A stretch of 19,912 nt of DNA from Tubiluchus corallicola (Eukaryota; Animalia; Priapulida): contig JAQGDQ010001940.1 in the NCBI GenBank assembly GCA_030141605.1, positions 1 through 19,912 of the forward strand, given 5' to 3'. Shown here in pieces: positions 1-10,584 of this stretch (its first letter is position 1; each line of letters begins with the position of its first letter). Under the pieces are notes generated by a model that did no database searches, was not told the DNA's origin, and saw only the letters and a list, made by a program, of their open reading frames with translations. Position numbers and translations under genes: made by a program.

Positions 1-613
1 TTTCAATTTCTTAATAATAACAATGGCATGAGTTTGATAAATGTCTCACGATATCAGGGAACTTTAAATCATTTTTAATAAGAAACGTTTCCATTGCACA
101 TTAGCAGTTGTCAGCAGGAAAAAAGAAATTAATTAAAAAAATAGGAATAAATTATCTTAATTTTTAAATTTCCTATCACTTACATGCTACCTTATTGTGC
201 ACAAAACCTAGATAAGCAGTAATGCTGTATAAAACTTGAAACTTCAAAGGCAAGACATTTGAATAAAGTTTAGATAACATTGGGTAAACTTTGAAGAATA
301 GGACACTCTTCGCTAACTAAACTAATGTATAAATTACTTTGTGTTGTCAATAGGATCAATAATGTGTTTTTGGTGAATCAGTGGTGCACACTGGGAAGGC
401 GTTTCAATGCCGTCTTAACAACTGGTGGAAACATTTTAAATTATTTAGAATTACCTTTTCTAGTTAGCACAGTGACCGTCAATCATGTAAGCTTACATAC
501 TAAGTAATATGACTTTGTGTGGAAACATTTTTTGCGATAAACAATAAAATCATCTTTTCCCTTTTTAATAAAAATAATATAAAATTTGTTGTGATTTATT
601 TGACTGAGACGAA

Positions 614-652
614 AGTGAGATTTTATTAGTGAGATTTAATTAGTGAGATTTA
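614..652. repeat. Short tandem repeat, about 3 x 14 bp (agtgagatttwatt)
   Basis: agtgagattt occurs three times at 14-bp spacing. Confidence 0.75.
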
Positions 653-1110
653 AGGAATCTTTCATTCATATTACAAGAATTTACAAATTTTTACAACAAA
701 ATGTGCCATTGTTAATTACTTTTAACAATGTATATTTGATTGGAAAAACTTGGACCACAATGCAAATGCATTATATTGATGAGCAAAAGCTTTGAACAAT
801 AAACATGATACAGGATGGACTAGAAAAAATTACCTGCACATTCTTTAATAAAACAAAAGCTCGAGCTGTTAATATTTCTTTACGCAAAACAGCTTATGAT
901 ATTTTTATGTACATTTATATTCATGTACAGTAAATTTTCATTCAAACAGTAATATGTGTACAAAAGTGTACATATTATATAAATTATTGTAAGTATAAAT
1001 ACTATATATAATCATTGCTATTCTATTTGCTTTTATGCTTTAGGTTTAGGGTTATGGTTAGAATTTGCAGTTTTTTTCTGTACAATCATGTAATAATGTA
1101 ATAAAATAAA

Positions 1111-1228
1111 CTATCCTACCTCAACAGGAGCAACCGTGATCCGCCGTCTGGCATAAGGGTGCGGTCTGAAATTCGCAGGCCGCACCCGACGAACTGGCAA
1201 AACACGCCCCACTCCAGTTGGATAAGCT
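1111..1228 (-). CDS. Last coding exon (4 of 4) of predicted 144-aa double C2HC-type zinc-finger protein: (R)AYPTGVGRVLPVRRVRPANFRPHPYARRRITVAPVEVG*
   Basis: Acceptor tttatttttcAG| at 1229-1231; phase 2, matching the upstream exon; GC-rich island in AT-rich DNA; TAG at 1111-1113. An alternative donor GAG|gtagga at 1119 cannot be excluded. Confidence 0.7.
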
Positions 1229-2118
1229 CTGAAAAATAAATCCTTGTTTAGCAAACACGTAAGCCTCTAAAAAGTCCTTAATATGGCCTCCTACATTCTC
1301 TCAATAAAATTTGGGGGAGGGGTGTCATCGGGGAGATGCTGTATAACTCATAGCGAAATGAAAACTACTTTGGTGGCTATTTAATGGGCCGATTATTATG
1401 TTGACGTTTGACGTGTTATTAAGTCATAAAACCAACGTAAAGTATCAGTTAATACGTCCATTCGTTGTTTCAGCATAAAAAGCAGAAGACGTTTGTGCAT
1501 TACTGAACATTGGGAGCTAGCATTTGTACTGTTAAACTGACAAGTTGCAATGCCTTTGCTAGTTTATAATGCCAGTCATTATTAGTAAACCTAAAGTTTC
1601 TTCCGCTAAATTTAGTCATTTCTTAGAGATGTCTAACAGCATGTTTTTGCATATTAGCCCTGCATCAGGCCTCTAACACGTTTAGAGACAAAAGTTTAAC
1701 CAGTTTTGTGCTTTTATACATCACTGGTCTAACTGCCTTCTATCGTATTTCTTTCCTTGATACAGCGTGGCGATTTAAAGGGACAAAACTGGGTCACTCC
1801 ATCCATGTATGTTTCTACAGCATAACACGTGTTGACGGGGTTTCTCTAAATCAGCTGATCAAGTAAACATTGAAATTTCTCTTGAAAGATCCTTTTTTGC
1901 GAGCGTGGTTGTAGTACTCTTGGAAAGGTTAAAGTTCATTATTACTTTACAACTCCATCCTCTGGTAATAAGACATTCGCGGGTTTTACTCCTAAGTTGA
2001 AATTTAAGGGTTGAAAGTCAGTTCTAACTGTGCACTTCTGACAATTGTACATGAAATAAAAATACAGTACAATTAAGATTTCGTTTTTGTCAGGTTTAAA
2101 TTATAAAAAACCGCTTAC

Positions 2119-2250
2119 CTGGTCACACGCAGGGCCGGGACAGGCACCGCCTCCTGCTCGAAAGGGCAATTCGACATCACATAGTGCCGGCCCCGACCCT
2201 CAATGACATTGCCCTGCCCTCCACAGAAATTGAAGTTTGGGCACCTTCGC
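2119..2250 (-). CDS. Coding exon 3 of predicted zinc-finger gene: RRCPNFNFCGGQGNVIEGRGRHYVMSNCPFEQEAVPVPALRVT (finger 2)
   Basis: Acceptor tctcttttAG|, donor |GTAAGC; 132 nt, phase 2-2, open frame; C-x5-C-GGxGNV-x6-H-x5-C motif resembling zf-C2HC (MYT1/L3MBTL-type). Confidence 0.8.
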
Positions 2251-2377
2251 CTAAAAGAGACAAAAATAATTTTCAATTTTCTACAAAACGTACTGTCATT
2301 TTGTCAAACTTCAAAAAAAAAACAACAGCAAAAAGACTACAAAACTTCCAGTTTAATAACTTTATGGATAAACAAAT

Positions 2378-2600
2378 TTAATAAAACTACATGAGAAATT
2401 TGTTAGAACTAATTTACTCCTATTTGCTGGTATAGAATCGGGATTGCGTATCCCAATTTTTCCACAGCTCTTTTACAAAAGCAATAAACGGTATTGAATC
2501 AAACTATTCTCAAAAAAAATTTTCTGAAAAATCTGTATGTTTAAGAAGTTAATAAAACTACATGAGAAATTGTTGGAATTAAATGACTCCTATTTGCTGG
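2378..2600. repeat. Dispersed direct repeat of about 52 bp (2378-2430 and 2549-2600), intronic
   Basis: ttaataaaactacatgagaaatt...actcctatttgctgg occurs twice with a few substitutions, 171 bp apart. Confidence 0.8.
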
Positions 2601-3587
2601 CAATTTGTTAAGCACGTGTTTGAAAAACTGATCAATCCTCTTAACGCACAAGTTCAACTCTGGTAGGTTTATTATAAACATTGGCACACAAGCTGACATA
2701 TTGGACATCTCCAAATGGAAAGAAAACTAAATGAAATATCAATTTTCTAGTGTAGAAAGCACAAATTTGCACATCTAACTGAAAAGAAACAGCAAATATT
2801 TTGTTGCTATGTGTTCGTTTCCCACCCTGGAGGTCGCGGTTTCTGTAACGTCTTGGCAACATTTGTAACTTTGTTAGAAACTTTATAGAACAGTTAACAT
2901 AAATCTTTCTTGCTTATTAATCTGTTTCTTCACAAAGACTGCTGCCATGATAAGTCTAGAGAATGTAACGCCTCGTGGCTTGCCGGCTAAAAACAGTGAG
3001 GGGAAACTTTAGTGAGCACAAACATTAAAAATATAAACCATAGATAAGAACACGTCACAGGTTCAATTCCTGACACGTAAGAGTAAAGTTTTAATTACCG
3101 CTCGTTCTGCCAACCGGGTTCTATCAAGACTACTTTGAAAATAAGCTGTTATCATTGGACTATTAGTGTCCTAAACATTATTAAGAACAATTATAATTAT
3201 TATTATTTATATAGCCATACATTATTCATGTCTAAAACGTTTTAACCAAAAATATATTAAATTACATTCAAGTTACTCATGACTTCTTGGACGAAAATTG
3301 CTTAAAGTTGGTAGGTTAGTTGTTCAGTTACGGTTCACAACTACTCGAGTAAATATTGTGCTCAATTAAGAAACAGCAGAATTTAGCAAACCGTCTCTTT
3401 CAGCAGCTAAATGAACTACTGCAACCAACACAGTTTGATACACATTAAACTCCCGAAGACAAGAAAGTAAATAGCTGGAACTCAGCCTGGATTTGAAGCA
3501 GAGACGTTTGAATTACAAAAACAATTTCATAACTAGGTCATCATGTTTCCTGGTGACTATGACATTCACTTTTCCTTCTTCCTTCAA

Positions 3588-3773
3588 TCTCTCTCTCTCT
3601 CTCCCATCTCTCTCTAAATGATTATCATTACCATCACCAACATCATCACCATCACCACCATCATCATCATCACCATCATTATCATCATCACCATCGGCAT
3701 CATCACCATCACCATCATTATCATCATCAGCATCATTATCACCATCATCATCATCATTCTTATCATTATCATT
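3588..3773. repeat. Short (CT)n followed by imperfect (ATC/ACC/ATT)n microsatellite
   Basis: Directly visible; explains the Asp/Gly-rich ORF 3513-3839. Confidence 0.9.
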
Positions 3774-4127
3774 ATAGTACGATACTAAAAAACAACAACG
3801 TAACTTTAAATGATTGTTGATGTCATTTGCTATAATCATTTTTCCTTTTGGTACAATAATTAACTATCGAAAAATCAGTAATATCTCAGATGGAATGAAA
3901 TGCTCAGAAACAACGTTCCAGTTTGTCTCGATTAAGACGACATGAAAACTCCATGAAAAGATTGTAATAAACTAGCTGTTAATTTATTATGCATTGTTTG
4001 CTTCACAAAGACTAAACGGTAAGGTTTTGTGTAAAGTAAACAAAAACAAAAACTATAGCCACGAGGTGGCGAAATGAACGGTTCTAACTGAAAAAGCTAA
4101 TTTGTAATTATAATCGTGTCTACTTAC

Positions 4128-4301
4128 ACTGGCTTCGGTTTACTCTGGACCTCTTCCAGGGGTGGCCGAGCCACCACCCCTGCGACGATCTCTCGCTCCC
4201 TCTGAGCTTCGTAGCGCCACGCACAGGCAGACGTGGACCTGTGCGTGGCGTACCGGGGATCCACGTTGCCTCGCCCCCCACACTCGGCGAAAAAATGGCA
4301 T
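4128..4301 (-). CDS. Coding exon 2 of predicted zinc-finger gene: CHFFAECGGRGNVDPRYATHRSTSACAWRYEAQREREIVAGVVARPPLEEVQSKPKP (finger 1)
   Basis: Acceptor ttcttttttcAG|, donor |GTAAGT; 174 nt, phase 2-2; same finger spacing as exon 3; HRS..C segment resembles MYT1-type fingers (HRSLSGCP). Confidence 0.8.
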
Positions 4302-4826
4302 CTGAAAAAAGAAGAAAAACGTCATTTCATTTTACTAGTTTAACAGAAAAAGTAAACAACAGTGGTTAATACAAGACAGTAATATTATAAGAGAATACAT
4401 ATATATAAAGTCCATGATAAAATAAATAAGTTATTAAGTTGTTGTGTAAACTAAGGGTATGTAAATTTGATTTGACTTTTTATCACTATAATAACGCAAC
4501 CTATAGTGTATTGTTTAAAGTTTTGTTACAAATAAAAACGATGTTCTGTTTACTCGCAGCAAAGTTCTTCAGGTTATTGAGAATGTAGAAATTTTAATGA
4601 TTGCAAACACAACAGACGTGGTGCTGGCTTGTTAACTTAAAATGTTTCAAAAAAAATTGTAAGATGATCCTGTGAAAAGTCATATAAATAAAGAGTAATC
4701 TCACACCACACGAGATTGTTAACAGCAGAAAAATATTTCTGTATGTTTGTACAACGGTACATATGCAGAAAATAAAAAAGTAGATGGAAAGGTTTTCTGG
4801 CTAAAAAGCAAAATTTCTTTACTTAC

Positions 4827-4837
4827 CGCTTAGGCAT
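4827..4837 (-). CDS. First coding segment (ATG CCT AAG CG, MPK(R)) within exon 4827-4868 of the zinc-finger gene
   Basis: Exon bounded by tatttcAG| (4869-4871) and |GTAAGT (4826-4821); ends in phase 2, matching the next exon; splicing from the 5058-5088 exon creates an in-frame TG|A upstream, supporting this ATG as the start. Confidence 0.65.
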
Positions 4838-5057
4838 GATCGAAAAAGAATGCTCGTGAACGTTCAATCTGAAATAAGCAAAAAAAATGAAGTGTTATTT
4901 ACGGAACGGTCAGCTAAAACCATTTTATTACTGCACAGGATCTAGAGTTCGAATCACACGAGTTTCATGACGATCCGATCATTTGTGGACGAACAGACAC
5001 ACGGACAGTAGGGTCATTTAAAATTTAAAAATTCAACAACAAAACAGCCAAACTTAC

Positions 5058-5088
5058 CAATTTAAATTCGCAGTTAATACGAGTTTAT
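5058..5088 (-). other. Putative 31-nt 5'-UTR exon of the zinc-finger gene
   Basis: ttttttacAG| acceptor and TG|GTAAGT donor, both near consensus. Confidence 0.5.
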
Positions 5089-6652
5089 CTGTAAAAAATA
5101 ACAACTTTTAATTACATGCAATAAACGTTAACTTTCTTATAATTTTATGGCAACTCTAATGTTAATATACAGGGTCAAAATAGGTAATAACGAATATTAA
5201 GGCTTGATGAAGAAAGCTTGATAAGCAAATAAACACTAGTAGTTAGCAATCTTAGAATGGAATGGAATGTAGTTCTCATAATATTATAGCAGCTCTAATG
5301 TGAATGTACAGTTCTGCATTTAGCAAGCTGTCTGCCAGTATTCAAAGTCAGTGGATATTTTAATGAACAACCTTCACTACGAGTCATTATTCATTCATCA
5401 TTCAGTAGTCACTATTCATTTATTAACCGGGCTTTATGTTGTTTACCTTCGTTTGCGGAGATCATTTATCTTGGTGGCAAATTTTCGATTTTCTGGCAGA
5501 CGTGTCACTGATAACGAAAAATACAAACACATCAAGGGCTACTTAATTTTCTTACAAAAATCAGCACTTATCTTAAACAGCCATTTGAGAGTTCAATCAT
5601 AAACGCGTAATTTAAATATGAACAGCAACATTTTTAACTGTGCTGTTTTTTCTACAGCATGAAGATTGGCTTCCTTATGACACTGAAAATTTATTTACCA
5701 GACTCAGTATGAAGCCAGCTGATAAGTCATATTTGCTTCACAGGGTGGAGGTAAAAATTTTAATAAAAAATCGTCAAATCGTAGATTTATAACTAGTCTT
5801 TCATAAGTAACACGTTGAGTAGTTACTGTGGTAAATATTTATCTCTCGATTCTAACCAAAGACAGTCAAACAATAGAAATAGAATCATTTTTATTTCGCA
5901 CACGTGGACAAACACGCTTCCATGTTATTTGATCAGCGCATTTCAGCTTGTTAGAATATTTTTGCTACGTCGTTTCTTTTGCGACACCCTGTACAAACGT
6001 TTCTGGGTCACTGGCTGTCGAATTTTTATTCATTTCTATTCCTAAGCGACGTACTTTTCATGTAAAGAAGTTGAAGTGTGGTGAGAAAGGTCAAAGCAAA
6101 CAGAGTCAAATATACAGAAATACCGAACTATTCAAAAATTGGCCGAAATGCTACAACAGTAGCAATAAAAATTTGCGATTCAGATGCGCCAATCAAAATC
6201 AAACTCTTGAACTCTAAACGTCTACTGCTCATGCGCAGGAAAAACGGTTGTTTACATTTGAACATTCTTGAAGATATAAATAATTTAAGCAAAGTTTTGG
6301 CTGCAATTAAAACAGCAAAAAGTACCAAATTGTTAGCAAATTTTCTTATCTTAAACGAGTACAACAAGGAAATAAATTAATGCCTGTCTTAGCACTGCAT
6401 TTACTTCTATTGCAAAATGAATTAACGCAGATTTGTCTAGTGTTAGTTTAAATTTGCCACAAATGGATCAAAAGTAAAAAAAACTTTATTATTGACTAAA
6501 CACACTGATGTTCAGCATAACGGAAATAACAGTATGAGATGCGAAGAAAGAAATTATAAAATTCGTAATAGTAGAAGTGGGTTAAAAATGGAACAAATTG
6601 TGGGTCTATTCATTTATTTTTTTCGAAAATCAGCTTTAAATTTTACATGCAG

Positions 6653-7136
6653 TAGAGATGGGCGGATAGCCGTTTTGCAGTATACGGATGCGGTGTCCGC
6701 ACTGATTATGTGAAATTGCGGATTAAGAATACTGTATCATTTGCAGATATGCGGATTTTTAATGTCAAAAATTGGGATTTTTTCGCGAAATTTCAGCGCG
6801 CAAAAACCACGCATGGAAAATTTTCGACGCAAAACATTCCTTACAATTACAAATATTATAGTTTTTTGCTCCAACATTTTATGGTTTATGTTGGGCAAAA
6901 TTGCTTTACGTGGTCTGGCCTCTTAATTTATTATTGAATGGTGATTATAACTTCGTACAAAAAGCGGTTTTAACACAATAGGGCACACATACGGCAATTT
7001 TGCTTGAAGCAGTTTTTGCTTATATTTTTACGGATTATGTGACGCTAATTTTCAAATTTTATTCAATCCGCGTTTTGCGGATGCGAACACGTCAGTTACG
7101 GACTTCGCAGTTTTGAATTTGTAAAATTACGCTCTA
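6653..7136. mobile_element. Degraded hAT-like non-autonomous element (MITE)
   Basis: Begins TAGAGATGGGCGGAT; clustered (G/A)CGGAT subterminal motifs at 6661-6757 and 7030-7102; the right end matches only as CTCTA; no TSD found. Confidence 0.35.
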
Positions 7137-7416
7137 TAATATTTAGAATCAAATTAAAATTGAAACTAAAAGCTTCCTGTAGCAATTAGGGAATAATATA
7201 TTATGAATAGCCACTTTTCTTATATATATATATATATAATATTATCAAATATTTTATAATATATATTATCAAAATTATATATATATATATATCAAAATAT
7301 ATATAAAGATATCTAAATATCAAAGAATTAGCAAAAAAACTAAAGCCGCATAGGTACATACTCACATAGATGCACGTGTCTGCCATGTTGAAAATTTAAA
7401 AAAAACATTTTCTTAC

Positions 7417-7518
7417 CTTGGATATTTTCACGATTAAAAGTGCATTACAGCACTCATTAATAATTATAAAGATCACTTAAGATATATGTACAATACCCAA
7501 CAATACACAATAGCTAAA
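7417..7518 (-). other. Possible further 5'-UTR exon (contains short uORF MSAVMHF*)
   Basis: Strong donor AAG|GTAAGA at 7416; acceptor atttttctaatttAG| at 7519-7520; would leave a 64-nt intron to the 7582 donor. Splice-site inference only. Confidence 0.3.
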
Positions 7519-7576
7519 CTAAATTAGAAAAATAAATGATATTCATTACAAGATATTATATAAGTTCACACTATCT

Positions 7577-7635
7577 ACTTACGTCGCTCAAAAACTAAGG
7601 AGACTGTATCTCAGTTGTCCAGGTCTTTTATACCC
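7577..7635 (-). promoter_or_regulatory. Candidate core promoter and short first exon of the zinc-finger gene
   Basis: Minus strand GGG-TATAAAA (7632-7626), Inr-like CAGT (7606-7603) or TTAGTT (7598-7593), then donor GTAAGT at 7582-7577. Confidence 0.35.
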
Positions 7636-7987
7636 GAAATGGTTTCGGACGGGTCTATTTTAATAAGAAAGGGTGAAGTCTTTACCCAATCAGTGTTCTC
7701 AGAATTGTAAACGTGTTGTACAAGGTAGTACAGTAGCGCAGTAGTAGGTCTAGCACAGGAGCCCAGTAGTAGGTCTAGCTAACATTTCAGTACTTCAGGT
7801 ATTTCAGTTCTAAACAATCAACAACCATAACTGTATGTCTACGTGACTGTAGTATAGTGTATAGTATAGTTTTGATACGTTGATCATGGCCGCCAAGCAA
7901 ACTCTTTCTCTCTCTCTCATTATTGTTATAAAATAAACTTAGCATTGTTAAATTTCGAAACCAAACTCGCCTGAAAGAAAATTCTAG

Positions 7988-8060
7988 GGGTACAGCCTGC
8001 ATTTGAACCAGGAACTCTTTGTTTACAAGTGGACGCTATGATCACTACATTATTGCTGTC
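7988..8060 (-). mobile_element. Degenerate tRNA-like head (tRNA-derived SINE or pseudo-tRNA)
   Basis: Minus strand: A-box-like TAATGTAGTGAT (8052-8041), B-box-like GGTTCAAATGC (8009-7999), acagc/gctgt acceptor-stem remnant; anticodon arm does not pair. Confidence 0.35.
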
Positions 8061-8409
8061 GCGAACGGTGATCATGAGAGATGTATATTTACTCTGTATA
8101 ATTCATGAGAGATGTATAATGGACGTTTTCCCGACAAATCACAAAGAAATGGCATCTATCTTCATGTGTCAAGACATTTTATTTACGTGGACATTTATTT
8201 ATGCAAGTATGATAAGCAGTACTAGTAATGTAAGCAATGATAGTTCAAAAAACAAAAAAGAAAATCATTAATCCTATACATAGGAAGAAGCAACTTAAAC
8301 TCAGGCGAAACACAGATAATAATGCCAGCAAAAAACTAACAACAGTAAGAACAAAAATTAATAGTTGTAAGTACTGGGTTAGAGTTACATAAATTGACAA
8401 GAGATGGCG

Positions 8410-8410
<1 letters not shown>

Positions 8411-8460
<50 letters not shown>
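8411..8460. repeat. (CA)25 microsatellite
   Basis: Directly visible. Confidence 0.95.
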
Positions 8461-8463
<3 letters not shown>

Positions 8464-8512
8464 GAACTTGGCATAGGTTCTTCCAGAATCACATATTCAT
8501 TTACATAATGTA

Positions 8513-8628
8513 GACTACGGCCAAATGACGTTGAAAACACCGGTTCTCGTCTGATCACCGAAGTTAAGCAACGTAGACCCTGGTTAGTGCCTGGATGGAT
8601 GCCTAGGAATACCAGGTGCTGTAGGTTT
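8513..8628 (+). pseudogene. 5S rRNA-derived sequence (SINE head; not a functional 5S gene)
   Basis: GACTACGGCC...GTTGAAAACACCGGTTCTCGTCTGATCACCGAAGTTAAGCAACGT...GGAATACCAGGTGCTGTAGGTTT matches invertebrate 5S as recalled; several substitutions, about 4-nt deletion in the C-box region (116 nt), only TTT at the end, solitary copy. Confidence 0.9.
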
Positions 8629-9007
8629 GCGGGATGCCCGCACTGTATCTCGACACTAGGCGGAAAAGCTGCACAAGCAGCCAACGGCTAGAGGGCGGAG
8701 GAGGTCAAGTGACCCAACGGCCATGTGTAGAGGAGTAAACTTTCCAAATCAGGAGTGGAGCCCCGAAGGCGGACCCGTGCAGCATGCTCACTGACTCCGG
8801 CAGCTCCTGCAGCCAACCTGATGCCAAACGTATCGCTCCGCTTTCCTTTGGACTACACCAGGGAGGAAGAGAGGGGGTTCCTGTTGTCTGGGCAACTCAG
8901 GATCTTCATACACGTTGCCCAGGCGTGCGCCCTGGAGACGTTCAAGGATCGGATTGCTCAGCCACAGTCGACGCTGCAGCTCCATCAATGTGATCAATAA
9001 CTGACTG
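8513..9007 (+). mobile_element. 5S-headed SINE (SINE3-type), probably with RTE-LINE-derived body and tail
   Basis: The 5S head runs into a 380-bp GC-rich body with no T4 run, ending in TAA-CTGACTG; the body (GGAGTGGAGCCCC..., CCTTTGGACTACACCAG..., CTGGGCAAC...GTTGCCCAG) resembles RTE 5' regions from memory; no TSD identified. Confidence 0.65.
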
Positions 9008-9474
9008 TCTTGGCGCACATTCCATTGTCTTCCGAGACAGAAGGATGCCAACAAAAATGTACCTAAGACAACCTTACACAACGCAAGAATTTATCAGATG
9101 TTCACATGAGAAAATTCCATACCTGACGGTAATTGTATTATATGTATATATATTTACATACTTTAACGACTGCCAAGTCAAACGATACACAATTTAAAAC
9201 AAAACAATAGGGTAACACGAGGTGCTAGTTACTAAAGAAAAACAATGTAGATTGAGTAATATTTAATAAAAGTATACAGTATGTTCGCGATGATGATTTC
9301 CGCAAAACATAGTCATCATCATCAACATCGCCATCATCATCATCAACCGAGAGATATATATATATATATGTTGATTATATGAATTGAAATGAATTTAAAT
9401 ATATATAATATTTAATGACAATTATACGTTATCTATATTATCCAAATTTACTGTTTTAGCTTGATTAAAGCTAA

Positions 9475-9573
9475 ACACACACATACACACACACACACAC
9501 ACGCACACGCACAGACACACACACACACACACACACACGCACGCACGCACACACGCACACACAGGCGCACGCG

Positions 9574-9654
<81 letters not shown>

Positions 9655-9655
9655 G

Positions 9656-9706
<51 letters not shown>

Positions 9707-9715
9707 ACACACACA
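9475..9715. repeat. Compound (CA)n/(CACG)n microsatellite
   Basis: Directly visible; source of four spurious ORFs. Confidence 0.95.
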
Positions 9716-10241
9716 GTATCCGGATTACGTCTTGGAAATGAGCAGATGCGCTGCACGCTGTCGCCACCTGTTGCGAGTAAAAGAAATGATTATTGTTTAT
9801 TTCAACGCACACATTACTGAGAACCAAAGAATATCCTTAAGACAATATTTCATTAGTTTGTGAGAAACATAAGGACCTCGCCATTTGCAGGACACAAATA
9901 AACTATGGCTGCTCACAATGTAAATTTCCAAAATCTCCAAAACAAACTACGTCAATGAAAAATAAATAAATATGTTCATGTCTGTTGCACAAAATGCTAA
10001 CACAACACAAGCTGTTTCATCTGCATCTACATCTTCACGTCTCAAAACCTTTTTAAACAGCCCGGGAGATGTCGCCACTCGTGTAAGTTCATTTACAGTA
10101 GCACCCATTGCATTTATTCTTCCTTGCTGACTGTTGTCTTTTTTCATAGTTTTACCCAGGGAAATTCCTCTTCCTTTATACCATTACAGAGCAAAAGCCC
10201 TGCTGATCTTTCGTTCTCATTCCAATGTATATTATTTTTTT

Positions 10242-10402
10242 AAGATTTTATAGATTTATTTCGCAATAAACGTATAAATATACATTACATGTGCATCGAT
10301 AATCAGTTTTTGTTCATACAAAAATATGATACAATTCGTGAATTTTGCGCTAGTGACCTAAGAAGCTAGCTTATGGTAGGCCACTAGAATTAGTTACGAA
10401 AA
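10242..10402 (-). mobile_element. Probable 3'-UTR fragment of a CR1/L2/Crack-group LINE
   Basis: Stem-loop CTAGTGACCTA(10350-10360)/TAGGCCACTAG(10377-10387) with inner AAGCTAGCTT, followed on the minus strand by a T-rich tract, GCGAAATAAA and a short (ataaatct) repeat. Confidence 0.45.
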
Positions 10403-10584
10403 ATTACAATATATACAGATACCCTATTACAATATATGCAGATACACTATTACAATATATACAGATACACTATTACAATATATACAGATACACTATTACA
10501 ATATATACAGATACACTATTACAATATATGCAGATACACTATTACAATATATACAGATACACTATTACAATATATACAGATACA
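10403..10584. repeat. 23-bp minisatellite, about 8 copies (attacaatatatacagatacact)
   Basis: Units start at 10403, 10426 ... 10564; near-perfect. Confidence 0.95.

Noticed and set aside
3513-3839. Asp-rich 108-aa ORF as an extra exon of the zinc-finger gene
   Set aside because: Consists of (ATC)n and (CT)n microsatellite; no convincing splice sites; the gene model is complete without it.
4140-4325. 61-aa ORF from the track over the finger exon
   Set aside because: Wrong frame; the phase-consistent frame carries the zinc-finger motif.
4945-4960. B-box-like GTTCGAATC (also GGTTCAATTCC at 3060)
   Set aside because: No A-box or cloverleaf; at most decayed SINE remnants.
5530-6405. Possible Kolobok-like MITE and overlapping short ORFs
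   Set aside because: Could not identify TIRs or a TSD; the ORFs have no recognisable motifs.
8513-8628. Functional 5S rRNA gene
   Set aside because: Solitary, multiple substitutions, deletion in the C-box region, no T4 terminator, fused to a SINE-like body.
9947-10225. Coding-like minus-strand stretch (66-aa ORF plus an offset frame)
   Set aside because: No recognisable domain or splice boundaries; possibly a decayed transposon fragment; needs BLASTx.
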